Origin: Wolbachia endosymbiont of Drosophila innubila
GTDB taxonomy: Bacteria > Pseudomonadota > Alphaproteobacteria > Rickettsiales > Anaplasmataceae
Assembly: GCF_021378375.1 (NCBI RefSeq)
Contig: NZ_CP076228.1
Span: 720,001-752,000 of the forward strand
Reading direction: 5' to 3'
DNA length: 32,000 bases
Part shown: piece after piece, positions 10,111 through 18,972 of the stretch
Layout of the letters: each line of letters opens with the position of its first letter
Position numbering within the stretch: position 1 is the stretch's first letter
Translations under genes and position numbers: made by a program
The notes under the pieces: generated by a model
Told to the model about the DNA's origin: nothing
What the model saw: only the letters and a program-made list of their open reading frames with translations
The model's database searches: none

Positions 10111-11451
10111 ATGCTTCATAAGTTTTTTAGTTTTCTTATACTACCTGTACTTTTTTTTACTTACCCAATTTCTTCGAATGCTTTAAACATAGAGCACAAC
10201 ATAAAATATACTAAACTCAGTAACGGACTAGATGTTTATGTTGTTTCTAATCATCGGATTCCAGCCGTTTTACATGCAGTAATATACAAAGTTGGGGGAA
10301 TGGATGATCCAATCGGCAAAGCAGGATTGGCTCACTACTTTGAACATTTAATGTTTGAAACTACAGGGAAGTTCACAGATATAGAAGCCACTATGAGTAG
10401 CATTGGGGCTCAATTTAACGCATTTACCACTAAAGAATATACCTGTTATTTTGAGTTGATCCCCAAAAAAGATTTACCACTTGCAATGGAAGTTGAAGCA
10501 GATAGAATGGGCAGCTTTAATGTTACTCAAGACAAAATAGATAGAGAAAAAAACATCGTATTAGAAGAAAGAAAGATGAGATTTGATAACCAACCTCATA
10601 ACTTGTTATGGGAAGAAATGGATAGTGCATTTTACCGTACTGGCTATGGTAGGTCTGTTATCGGCTGGGAGAGCGATATCAAAACTTACAATTTGGATGA
10701 CATAACGAGGTTTCATGATAACTATTATCACTCCGGCAATGCAATATTACTGATTGTGGGTGATGTGGAACTTGATGAAGTAGTGAAATTAGCAGAAGAA
10801 AAATATGGCGAAATTAAAGCTAAGCCTGTAATGAGAAATTACCCAAATCAGGATCCAGTGCATAATGCAGATCTATCGGTGACCTTAGAGAGCACTGAAG
10901 TAAAAGAATCAGTTTTATATTTTCGTTATCGTGTTCCCTTATTTGATCACATAAATGAAGCCTCTGCTGCTCATTTAGCGGTTGACATTTTAGGTGGCGG
11001 CAAATCCAGCAAACTGTATAAAGATTTGGTTTTAGATAAAGATGTGGCAGTATCAGTGTTTGCTTATTATAATAGCCTAGCTTTTAGTGATGGCTACATT
11101 GATATTATGATAATTCCAAAAAGTGGCGCTAATTTAGATATTGTTGAAAGAGAGTTAGATAATGCTATTAATGGCTTCGTATCTAAAGGGGTGACGAGCG
11201 AGGAATTACAAAGCTCAAAATATAGGTATAAGGCAGCACAGTTTGATAATCTATCTGACTTAACTCATATAGCGATGTTCTATGTGCCACACCTTGCACT
11301 TGGTATTCCACTTGATGAAATAGATATTTCATATAGCAAGATTAATGATGTCAATCTAGAGGATGTAAATAATAAAATCCGTGCTATTTTTTCTGCTAAT
11401 AAGTTAATTGGTCGTTTATTACCAAAAAGAGATAATAATGAGAATAAGTAA
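10111..11451 (+). CDS. M16-family zinc peptidase (catalytic member)
   Basis: Signal-peptide-like N-terminus, inverted zinc motif HYFEH in KAGLAHYFEHLMFETT. Confidence 0.93.
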   Translation: MLHKFFSFLILPVLFFTYPISSNALNIEHNIKYTKLSNGLDVYVVSNHRIPAVLHAVIYKVGGMDDPIGKAGLAHYFEHLMFETTGKFTDIEATMSSIGAQFNAFTTKEYTCYFELIPKKDLPLAMEVEADRMGSFNVTQDKIDREKNIVLEERKMRFDNQPHNLLWEEMDSAFYRTGYGRSVIGWESDIKTYNLDDITRFHDNYYHSGNAILLIVGDVELDEVVKLAEEKYGEIKAKPVMRNYPNQDPVHNADLSVTLESTEVKESVLYFRYRVPLFDHINEASAAHLAVDILGGGKSSKLYKDLVLDKDVAVSVFAYYNSLAFSDGYIDIMIIPKSGANLDIVERELDNAINGFVSKGVTSEELQSSKYRYKAAQFDNLSDLTHIAMFYVPHLALGIPLDEIDISYSKINDVNLEDVNNKIRAIFSANKLIGRLLPKRDNNENK

Positions 11452-12757
11452 AATTATATTTCTATTTTTTTTCTGTCTAGGCTTTAATTTACAAGCAAGT
11501 GGTAACCTAAATATAGAGGAGGTCACTACCCGTAAAGGATTTAAGTTTTTATTTGTAGAAAATCATGATTTGCCAAAAGTTTCACTAAATATATCGTTCA
11601 AGGATGCAGGTTATGTGTATGAGAATAAGGAAAAACAGGGGCTTGCTTGGTTTACTTCTCTTGTAATCCAAGAAGGGGCAGGAAAAAATGATGCCAAAGA
11701 TTTTGCGAAAAAGCTTGAAGATAAAGGGATTAGTTTAAATTTTATTGCTGATTTAGAAGCATTTAGGGTTTCATTAAATACTTTGTCTGACAATCTAGAG
11801 GAAGCAATTTCATTACTGAGCGATACTATAATGCGTCCTAAAGTTGACCCTGAAGGGTTGAATAGAGTTTTCGAGAAAGCCAAAGTTGATTTTAATAATC
11901 TTGAAAAAAATCCTTATTTTGTTGCTGGAAAAGAATTAGATACGTTATTGTTTAAAAAACATCCTTACTCAAAAAGTGTGTACGGTACTCTTGATACTAT
12001 AATGAGCATTACTAGAGACGATGTTTTAACATACATAAAGCGTAATTTTGCTAAAGATAACATAGTTATCAGTGTTGCTGGTTGTACAAAAAAAGAAGAA
12101 ATTATTACGCTATTAGATAAATATTTATCTAAATTGCCGTCAAAAAGATCAAAAGTTAGAAAAATACCTGTAAAAAATAATTTTGGTTCTGCAGAAAGTA
12201 AGAATATTTTTATGGATATACCACAGAGTGTGATACTTTTTGCTCAAAAAGGTATAGCTTATGAAGATCCTAATTATTATAACGCTGGTGTCTTAATTGA
12301 TGCACTTGGTGGCATGAGGCTGAATTCAATATTAATGACAGAACTGAGGCAAAACTTGGGTATTACTTATGGTGTTTATGCAAGTATTATTTCCAATAAA
12401 CATGGAAATATTATATCTGGATTTATAAGTACTGATAGTTCTACTGCTGGCAAAGCTATATCAGCAGTAAAAGATACATTTAGCAGAATAAAAAAGCAAG
12501 GAATTGACGAACAATTGTTCAAGGATGCAAAAATTGGCTTGGTAAATAATCTTGTCCTTTTCCTGTCCAATAACACAAATACAGCAACGCTGCTAGATAA
12601 TATGCAGATAAATGATCGTGATGTTAACCGTATAAATAATTATGCGAATATCATTAATGATGTTAAATTAGAGGAAGTAAACGAACTGGCAAGTTCTTTA
12701 CTGGAACCTGAAAATTTATTTTTTGTTGAAGTTGGAAAAAACGCTCAAGGTCAATAA
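11438..12757 (+). CDS. M16-family peptidase-like protein (non-catalytic partner)
   Basis: ATG at 11438 overlaps the upstream gene by 14 nt; the track start at 11408 is likely too early. M16 fold sequence, but the HxxEH position reads LAWFTSLVIQEGAG. Confidence 0.9.
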   Translation: MRISKIIFLFFFCLGFNLQASGNLNIEEVTTRKGFKFLFVENHDLPKVSLNISFKDAGYVYENKEKQGLAWFTSLVIQEGAGKNDAKDFAKKLEDKGISLNFIADLEAFRVSLNTLSDNLEEAISLLSDTIMRPKVDPEGLNRVFEKAKVDFNNLEKNPYFVAGKELDTLLFKKHPYSKSVYGTLDTIMSITRDDVLTYIKRNFAKDNIVISVAGCTKKEEIITLLDKYLSKLPSKRSKVRKIPVKNNFGSAESKNIFMDIPQSVILFAQKGIAYEDPNYYNAGVLIDALGGMRLNSILMTELRQNLGITYGVYASIISNKHGNIISGFISTDSSTAGKAISAVKDTFSRIKKQGIDEQLFKDAKIGLVNNLVLFLSNNTNTATLLDNMQINDRDVNRINNYANIINDVKLEEVNELASSLLEPENLFFVEVGKNAQGQ

Positions 12758-12766
12758 TTATTACAG

Positions 12767-13327
12767 TCATATATCTTCTGCTATTGACCTTACTGCTTCT
12801 ACATAACACTTATGCTCCTCAGCTAGAATGCGTTCTGAGAGGCTTTGAATATCATCAGCTGGTAACACTGGTACAACAACTTGAGCAATTATGGCTCCAG
12901 CATCAACTTCAGGAGTGACATAATGTACAGTACAACCTGTAATTTTTACACTTGCTTTTAGAGCTTGCTCTTGAGCGTTTAGGCCTTTAAAAGACGGAAG
13001 TAAAGAGGGATGAATATTTATCACCTTGTTATGCCATTTACTCAGAAAATCAGCTTTGAGAATTCTCATAAACCCTGCAAGGCAAATTAAATCAACCTTA
13101 TGTTGAACAAGTATTTCGTGAATTTTACCAGCATCAAGCGGTTTATCTTTAACAATAAACGCTGAGATTCCTGCTTGCTCTGCTATTTTCAGACCAGCAG
13201 CTTCGCTATTATTTGTGATAACACATGCAACTTCTGCGGAAAAATTCTGATCTTGACATGCTTCTATTAAGGCCTGCATATTCGACCCCCTACCTGAAAT
13301 TAGTATTCCGAGTTTTATCTTTTTCAT
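12767..13327 (-). CDS. purN: Phosphoribosylglycinamide formyltransferase
   Basis: GILISGRGSNMQALI, HNKVDLICLAGFMRIL, NIHPSLLPSFKG, GCTVHYVTPEVDAGAII. Confidence 0.96.
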   Translation of the reverse strand: MKKIKLGILISGRGSNMQALIEACQDQNFSAEVACVITNNSEAAGLKIAEQAGISAFIVKDKPLDAGKIHEILVQHKVDLICLAGFMRILKADFLSKWHNKVINIHPSLLPSFKGLNAQEQALKASVKITGCTVHYVTPEVDAGAIIAQVVVPVLPADDIQSLSERILAEEHKCYVEAVRSIAEDI

Positions 13328-13631
13328 TATAGCACAGTTAGTTTAGAATTTAGTTAATACTAACAAAACAGCTCAAAAGGAAAACTTATTTTATAGCAAA
13401 GAAGGCAGACTAAACTCTTTACATAAGTGGACCTCTAATTTTGGACCTCACTGGACAACACAAAATAACGAATAGCCCCATGTACCCAGCTAAAACTAGC
13501 TTTAATGCTTAGATATTGTGCTATTTTTGTATAATATACTATTATAAGTATATATTTTTGTAATCGCGTTATTATTTATTTAACAAAGTATTAGTATAAT
13601 TTATTACACTGGATTAAATGGAGAAAGTTCA

Positions 13632-14048
13632 ATGAGTAAATTACCGAACAATGCAAAAATAGGTAAATCTCAGGTTACTCAGTGGGAGGTAATAAAAAAT
13701 TGTGAATATGCTGATAATTGCTTGTCAAAAATAGTAACTTTGTACGTTATTAGAATAACTCAGCTATCAGATTTTTATACGAGTGACGAACCTGAAATTA
13801 ACACTGTTTTAGCAAGAATAAGCGTGACAAGTGAAAATGTATTTTTAAACAAGGCTACTACTATTGAAGTTATGGAAGGTATTTTTCCGTATAAATTCAA
13901 CAGCAAGAAGAGAAATAACGTATTAAGGTTAGAAGATTTGTATAATTATTTATGTTCTATTGTTAACAATAGCCTTCCAAAAGAAATGCTTGAAAGTCTT
14001 GTAAGGGAATATAAGGATGCTATTAACTTATTTAAAGCAATTACTTAA
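13632..14048 (+). CDS. Hypothetical protein (138 aa)
   Basis: ORF with upstream ggagaaag. No recognised domain. Confidence 0.55.
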   Translation: MSKLPNNAKIGKSQVTQWEVIKNCEYADNCLSKIVTLYVIRITQLSDFYTSDEPEINTVLARISVTSENVFLNKATTIEVMEGIFPYKFNSKKRNNVLRLEDLYNYLCSIVNNSLPKEMLESLVREYKDAINLFKAIT

Positions 14049-14571
14049 CTGAACGTAGTATTTTTAAGATTTTATTTTCTATTTCAGAAATGCCGCTTTC
14101 AAGATCTTTATCTATCAAATACATGGTAGAGAAATATGTTTTCTGCTTACTTTCAACATTGATAGTTAAAGTTCCGGGAGTTATTGTGACTGAATTGGCA
14201 AATAACGCAATGCTTTCATCATTATGCCCTTTGCATTTTCTTAGAATAATGATTGGCTCAAGCTTAGATTTGAGTTGTAGCACCTTTTTTGTTACATAAA
14301 CACTTGATAAAATGATTTGGTACATTAACCATGGTATATAACTTACTAACTTATAAAACGACAGTCTACTCGTACTATTTAAAATCTGGCTAAGAGCTCT
14401 TTCAGCGTTTATCAACCTTCTAAAGATAAACGATGTGAATATAGAGGAAAACACTCCACAAAAAATAAAAAACGGCTCAAAATAACCAGACAATACAGTC
14501 CATAGAACAAATAAAATTATAAATGACAGAGAAAAAAACTTGATTTCCTTCCTAAAGTTGAGGTTTTTCAT
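14041..14571 (-). CDS. Na+/H+ antiporter subunit E (MnhE/MrpE-like)
   Basis: N-terminal membrane segments then ANSVTITPGTLTINVESK, characteristic of MnhE. Confidence 0.8.
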   Translation of the reverse strand: MKNLNFRKEIKFFSLSFIILFVLWTVLSGYFEPFFIFCGVFSSIFTSFIFRRLINAERALSQILNSTSRLSFYKLVSYIPWLMYQIILSSVYVTKKVLQLKSKLEPIIILRKCKGHNDESIALFANSVTITPGTLTINVESKQKTYFSTMYLIDKDLESGISEIENKILKILRSVK

Positions 14572-14639
14572 AGTCTGTAATATAACTTAAATGACTCTTT
14601 AAGGAAAGATAATAACGAATATTTAGGTTCTTGACTTCT

Positions 14640-15968
14640 ATGTTAAAAGATATAACAACTAAGTTATGTATTTTAAGTGAGGAAGTTATGAAATATGACA
14701 AATTTATGGAAATATTAAAAAAAATAAATGACCTTTCAGATTTGAGCAAGGACAATATAGTTGAAAAAATAAAAGCTAAGTTACAAGAAGAAGATCCAAA
14801 TTTATGTCAAGAGTGGGAAAAGAGTAAACCTGACAACGATAGTGGATCTGGCATAAATTACATATTTACTATATCTCGTGGTCAAAATTCTAAGGAAGTC
14901 AAATTGTTACATCTTGCTTCTTATTGGAACTGTGCAAATGTAGCAAAAGCTCTGATTGAAAACGGGGCAGATATTAATGCAGAACATGATAATAAAATTA
15001 CTCCTTTACATATTGCTGCTCACTATGGCCACGAAGATGTAGTAACCATTCTAACTGGAAAAGGAGCAATTGTTGATGCAAAAAATGGTGATGGATGGAC
15101 TTCTTTACATTTTGCTGTTGAAAAGAACCACGAAAATGTAGTAAACACTCTAATTGGAAAAGGAGCAAATGTTAATGCAGAAAATGATAAAGGATGGGCT
15201 CCTTTACATCTTGCTATTACAAATGGCCACAAAGAGATAGTACAAGTTCTATCAAAAGCAGAAGGAATCAACGTTGATGCAAAAAATAGTGATGGGTGGA
15301 CTCCTTTACATCTTGCTGCTGCAAATGGCCGCGAAGATATAGTAGAAACTCTAATTGAAAAAGGAGCAGATGTTAATGCGAAAGATCATTATAAATGGAC
15401 TCCTTTAACATTTGCTTCTCAAAAAGGCCATGAAGTGGTAAAAGGAGCTCTATTAAAGGCACAAGAGAACATCAAAGCTTTGCATTCAGCTGTTAAACAT
15501 AATAATGAGGAGGAGGTGAAAAACCTATTAAATAAAGGAGTAAACGTTAATGCAAAAGATGATGATGGATGTACTCCTTTACATCTTGCTGCCAGAGAGG
15601 GCTGCGAAGATGTAGTAAAAACTCTCATTGCAAAAGGAGCAAATGTTAATGCAGAAGGTATTGTGGACGAGACTCCTTTACATCTTGCAGCCAGAGGGGG
15701 CCATAAAGATGTAGTAGACATTCTAATCGCAAAAGGAGCAACGGTTAATGCACAAAATAATAAAAGATATACTCCTTTACATATTGCTGCTGAAAAGAAC
15801 CACATAGAAGTAGTAAAAATTCTAGTTGAGAAAGCAGATGTTAATGCAGAAGATATTGAGGACAAGACTCCTTTACATCTTGCTGCTGCAAAGGGCCATA
15901 AGGATGTAGTAGAAACTCTAATTGCAAACAAAGTAAGAGGTTGTCCGGAAATAAGTAAAAGGCTATAA
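14640..15968 (+). CDS. Ankyrin-repeat protein (roughly ten repeats), 3'-truncated by IS copy 2
   Basis: Serial units such as DGWTPLHLAAANGREDIVETLIEKGADVNAKD. The track start at 14631 is TTG; ATG at 14640, or ATG at 14688 with gagg upstream, is more likely. The end RGCPEISKRL* is read into the IS. Confidence 0.9.
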   Translation: MLKDITTKLCILSEEVMKYDKFMEILKKINDLSDLSKDNIVEKIKAKLQEEDPNLCQEWEKSKPDNDSGSGINYIFTISRGQNSKEVKLLHLASYWNCANVAKALIENGADINAEHDNKITPLHIAAHYGHEDVVTILTGKGAIVDAKNGDGWTSLHFAVEKNHENVVNTLIGKGANVNAENDKGWAPLHLAITNGHKEIVQVLSKAEGINVDAKNSDGWTPLHLAAANGREDIVETLIEKGADVNAKDHYKWTPLTFASQKGHEVVKGALLKAQENIKALHSAVKHNNEEEVKNLLNKGVNVNAKDDDGCTPLHLAAREGCEDVVKTLIAKGANVNAEGIVDETPLHLAARGGHKDVVDILIAKGATVNAQNNKRYTPLHIAAEKNHIEVVKILVEKADVNAEDIEDKTPLHLAAAKGHKDVVETLIANKVRGCPEISKRL

Positions 15969-16849
15969 TATCTGAAATTTTAGTACGGGTAAAGATGAGA
16001 AAAAAGTATCCAACAGATCTAAGCGAAAGGGAATGGGCAAGAATAGAAAAACACTTCAGAGTATCATACAAGAAAGGAGGAAGGCTGCCAAAGTATAGCA
16101 AAAAGAAATATTAGAAGCAATTTTCTATGTATTGCGTACAGGGTGTCAATGGCGGTATTTACCAAATGATTTTCCGCTATGGAAGACTGTGTATGAGCAG
16201 TTCAGGCAATGGAAGAAGCAGGGAATTTTTGAGAAAATGAATTATGAAATTACAAAATATAGTAGAAGAAAAATAGGAAAGAATGAGCAGCCGAGTGCCT
16301 GTATAGTAGATAGTCAATCTGTAAAGACTACAGAAAAGGGGGGATCAAAGCTATGATGGAAGTAAAAAGTAAAGGGTAGAAAAAAGGCATATAATTACAG
16401 ACACTCAGGGTTTTATACTAGGTTGTTACGTAGGCGCTGCTAACGAAAATGATAGAGATGGTATTAAAATAGCATTAAACAATATGAGAACAAAATATAC
16501 TAAAGTTAAAAAATGTGGGCTGACATGGGATACCAAGGAAGAAATTTAAAGAATCACATAAAGGAAGAATATGACATAGATATTGAAATTGTTAAAAGGC
16601 CTCCATGTAGATTTTGGGTGCACAAAGATACGCCACCTGAGCTACTACCAACAAGAGAACAAGGGTTTAAAGTACAGCCAAGAAGATGGGTTGTAGAAAG
16701 GACTTTTGCTTGGGTTAATAGGAATAGAAGGCTATCGAAGGAGTATGATTTACTCACAACATCCACTGAGAATTTCATATACCTAGCTATGAGTAGGGTT
16801 ATGTTAAAGAGGGAATATGCTTGAATTTACTAGTTTCCGAACAACCTCT
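15936..16849 (+). mobile_element. IS5-family insertion sequence (ISWpi1-like), copy 2, inverted relative to copy 1
   Basis: Same terminal inverted repeats (agaggttgtccggaaataagtaaaagg ... ttgaatttactagtttccgaacaacctct) and the same two transposase halves as copy 1. Confidence 0.9.
15995..16824 (+). pseudogene. IS5-family transposase of copy 2, additionally frameshifted
   Basis: The A-run at 16099-16103 is 5 nt against 6 in copy 1, breaking ORF A. There are 2 extra nt near 16377-16385 relative to copy 1. The C-terminal half (16513-16824) is identical to that of copy 1. Confidence 0.85.
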
Positions 16850-17099
16850 CAGATACTTTACAAGAAAAAGTGGGATAGAGGCAAAAGCAAATATTAATAA
16901 GGATAATTTAAGAAAAGCGCATACTAGAGTTTGAAGAAGCAGTAAAAATAAAAAATATTATTGAAAGGTTAAATAGCATATGATATAATATATATATAGT
17001 GTAAAAATGTAAATAATTTTATTGACATCTTTACATTAATAGTTCTTAAATATTTAGCACTGTAGAATTAAATTATTAAGTTCTGTGAGGGAAGTAAAA

Positions 17100-18512
17100 A
17101 TGGTGGAAAGCTTTTCAGGTAACAACAAAGGCAGTAATTTTATTGAGGAGGCAAAAATAATGGAAAATTTTTCAGATAATAACGGAAACGGTAGCTCAAT
17201 CTTCCAAGGAAAAATCAGGGAGCAAGATTGCTCTGCAGAGCAGAAGCTAAATGAACTAAAAGCAGCCATAGAGGAGCTTACCAGACAAGATTTGCTCAGG
17301 AGGCTCGAGTGTGAGCGTCAGGCTTCTAGTTGTATCGATGAAATATCATCTCAAGGAGAGCTACATATCGGAGAAGGTGATGATGAGGATTACTTCACTG
17401 GTGAAAAAGAAAGAGTACTCGGAGATTTCTGGAATTTCTTTGAATCTCTCTTCAACCTTTTTGAAGTAGATGTAGATGATCCGAAAATCTACCAAATGCT
17501 CAAGGAGAAGGAAGAAAAAAACCTGATTGCTGCGATAATGAAGTTTTTGCGTGATAAGCTTAAGGAGTTAATCAAGAAGATTTTTGCACGCGATTTAAGT
17601 TTCAATCAGAAGTTGGACAAAGAGATAAAAGAATTGCAGGAAAAATTAGGCAGTGGTGAGTTATCAGAAGAAGAGTTTGCAAGGGCGTTAGAAAGATTAA
17701 CTGCATTGCAAGATCTGAAACTCAGGTTACAAATGGCCGTTGTCGGATGGATTGTTACAATGTTCGCAGAGATGTTTGGAGTTGAGTTGGCGGCTGCGGT
17801 AGAGGCATCTACAGAAAAAGAAGATAAAAAAGCAGAAAAAACATCATTAGAAACAACTAAAGAAGTTTGCGAAAACGTAGAAATGAAAGTGGATGAAAGA
17901 GAAAAACCTAAAGTGCCAGTTTTCCTTTTTGAAATTTCACCAGGATTTGTAAGACCGGTTGTTCTGAGCAAACCAGAACTTGAAATTGTGTCAGATCCTT
18001 TGAAACATCCATTGCGTCTTGCTGAGCTTGAAAGAAAATATCATGAAAATTCACAAAAACCAGAAAAAGTGAATGAAGAGAAAAAAGCGAAGCCTGAACC
18101 GAAGAAAGAGGTGTGTCCACCGAAACTTCCAGACAAGAAGCCTGTGGCAAGTGGGATAAAAATTAATTTTAATAAAATAAAGAATATTGGTTTCCGAGAA
18201 AGGGATGCGAATACTAGTGTTAATGGAAGAGGAACCACGCCACCCACTAATGGACAAAGAAACAAGCTTGATAATGGGAAGAAAAACGAGTCTGCTAGTT
18301 ATGCAGCAAGCCGTCTGAATGGTAATGTTAATAAGAAAGAAGCGGATAACCTTTACACCGAACTTGCAAAAGAACTTGCCAATTTTAAAATAGGTGTTTG
18401 GAATGGTGCTGAGAATGAAGGTTCTGTGAATGATGCTCAATCACCAAGAGGATTGACTAATGATGTAAAAGTTGAGAAATGTGTAGAAGGTCAATCAGTA
18501 AGAAAGACATAA
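17100..18512 (+). CDS. Hypothetical accessory protein (~470 aa): acidic N-terminus, coiled coil, hydrophobic/amphipathic helix, Lys/Pro/Asn-rich C-terminus; candidate secreted effector
   Basis: Long ORF. ATG at 17100 preceded by gaggga, against the track start GTG at 17085. Includes LDKEIKELQEKLGSGELSEEEFARALERLTALQDLKLRLQMAVVGWIVTMFAEMFGVELAAAV. No known family recognised. Confidence 0.75.
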   Translation: MVESFSGNNKGSNFIEEAKIMENFSDNNGNGSSIFQGKIREQDCSAEQKLNELKAAIEELTRQDLLRRLECERQASSCIDEISSQGELHIGEGDDEDYFTGEKERVLGDFWNFFESLFNLFEVDVDDPKIYQMLKEKEEKNLIAAIMKFLRDKLKELIKKIFARDLSFNQKLDKEIKELQEKLGSGELSEEEFARALERLTALQDLKLRLQMAVVGWIVTMFAEMFGVELAAAVEASTEKEDKKAEKTSLETTKEVCENVEMKVDEREKPKVPVFLFEISPGFVRPVVLSKPELEIVSDPLKHPLRLAELERKYHENSQKPEKVNEEKKAKPEPKKEVCPPKLPDKKPVASGIKINFNKIKNIGFRERDANTSVNGRGTTPPTNGQRNKLDNGKKNESASYAASRLNGNVNKKEADNLYTELAKELANFKIGVWNGAENEGSVNDAQSPRGLTNDVKVEKCVEGQSVRKT

Positions 18513-18527
18513 TCGTGAAGGTAGTTA

Positions 18528-18640
18528 GATCCCAGTGTCTGGGCACTGGGATGACACCCTCTTCGATGGAAACCAGCGTCAGCTACTTGGATGACGCCTC
18601 ACCATGTCATTCCAGTGCGTGACGCTGGAATCCAGGAGTA
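18528..18640. repeat. Wolbachia-type intergenic palindromic repeat
   Basis: cccagtgtctgggcactggg palindrome and gtcattccagtgcgtgacgctggaatccagg. The same vocabulary occurs at 27660-27765. Confidence 0.7.
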
Positions 18641-18744
18641 TAAAAATGACGAATAAAATTTATACTAAAAAATATAAAAAAAGTGCTTGCACTACATTTA
18701 TTTTTAGTATATTAGTTGCATAATATTTTTACTTAAGGGTCAAT

Positions 18745-18939
18745 ATGTATAGTAATAATGATAAAAAAGATAGCGATAAAGGGTTTACTCCAAGCAGCAG
18801 GTATGAAAAGTATAGCGGTTCTAATCCGGTAATGCTTGAGGCACGTGAAAGACAGAGACGTGAAAGTAGCAAGCCTGGCTCGCAAATGGAGAGTAGTAGC
18901 TCTACTAGTGCTGGTAGTAGTAAAGGTAAAAGTAAGTAA
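18745..18939 (+). CDS. Small Ser/Lys-rich peptide (64 aa)
   Basis: MYSNNDKKDSDKGFTPSSRYEKYSGSNPVMLEARERQRRESSKPGSQMESSSSTSAGSSKGKSK. Preceded by aaggg and located 33 nt upstream of the 819-aa ORF. Confidence 0.5.
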   Translation: MYSNNDKKDSDKGFTPSSRYEKYSGSNPVMLEARERQRRESSKPGSQMESSSSTSAGSSKGKSK

Positions 18940-18972
18940 TGTTGTTTCATCATAATTTTAGTAGGGGGAGTT

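Noticed and set aside
13430-13520. Short sequence gtggacctctaattttggacctcactggacaacac, possibly an IS end or solo repeat.
   Set aside because: There is no transposase remnant nearby and no second inverted end could be located, so it is too weak to call.
15023-15931. Minus-strand ORFs 15023-15271 and 15419-15931 opposite the ankyrin gene.
   Set aside because: They are shadow ORFs of the periodic ankyrin coding sequence; their repetitive SLWPFAAARCKGV pattern is the reverse complement of the repeats.
2287-16849. Composite transposon bounded by two ISWpi1-like copies.
   Set aside because: The interior is core housekeeping (trxB, peroxiredoxin, ribF, lspA, purN). Copy 1 has its own TTA duplication and restores its target gene on excision, which fits independent insertion.
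17606-18440. Antisense ORFs opposite the 470-aa protein gene (17606-17971, 18051-18440).
   Set aside because: No ribosome site or family signature was noted, and they overlap a better-supported sense ORF.
18528-18640. Rho-independent terminator between the 470-aa and 64-aa ORFs (cccagtgtctgggcactggg).
   Set aside because: The hairpin is part of a dispersed palindromic repeat and has no clear T tract after it, so I list it as a repeat rather than a terminator.
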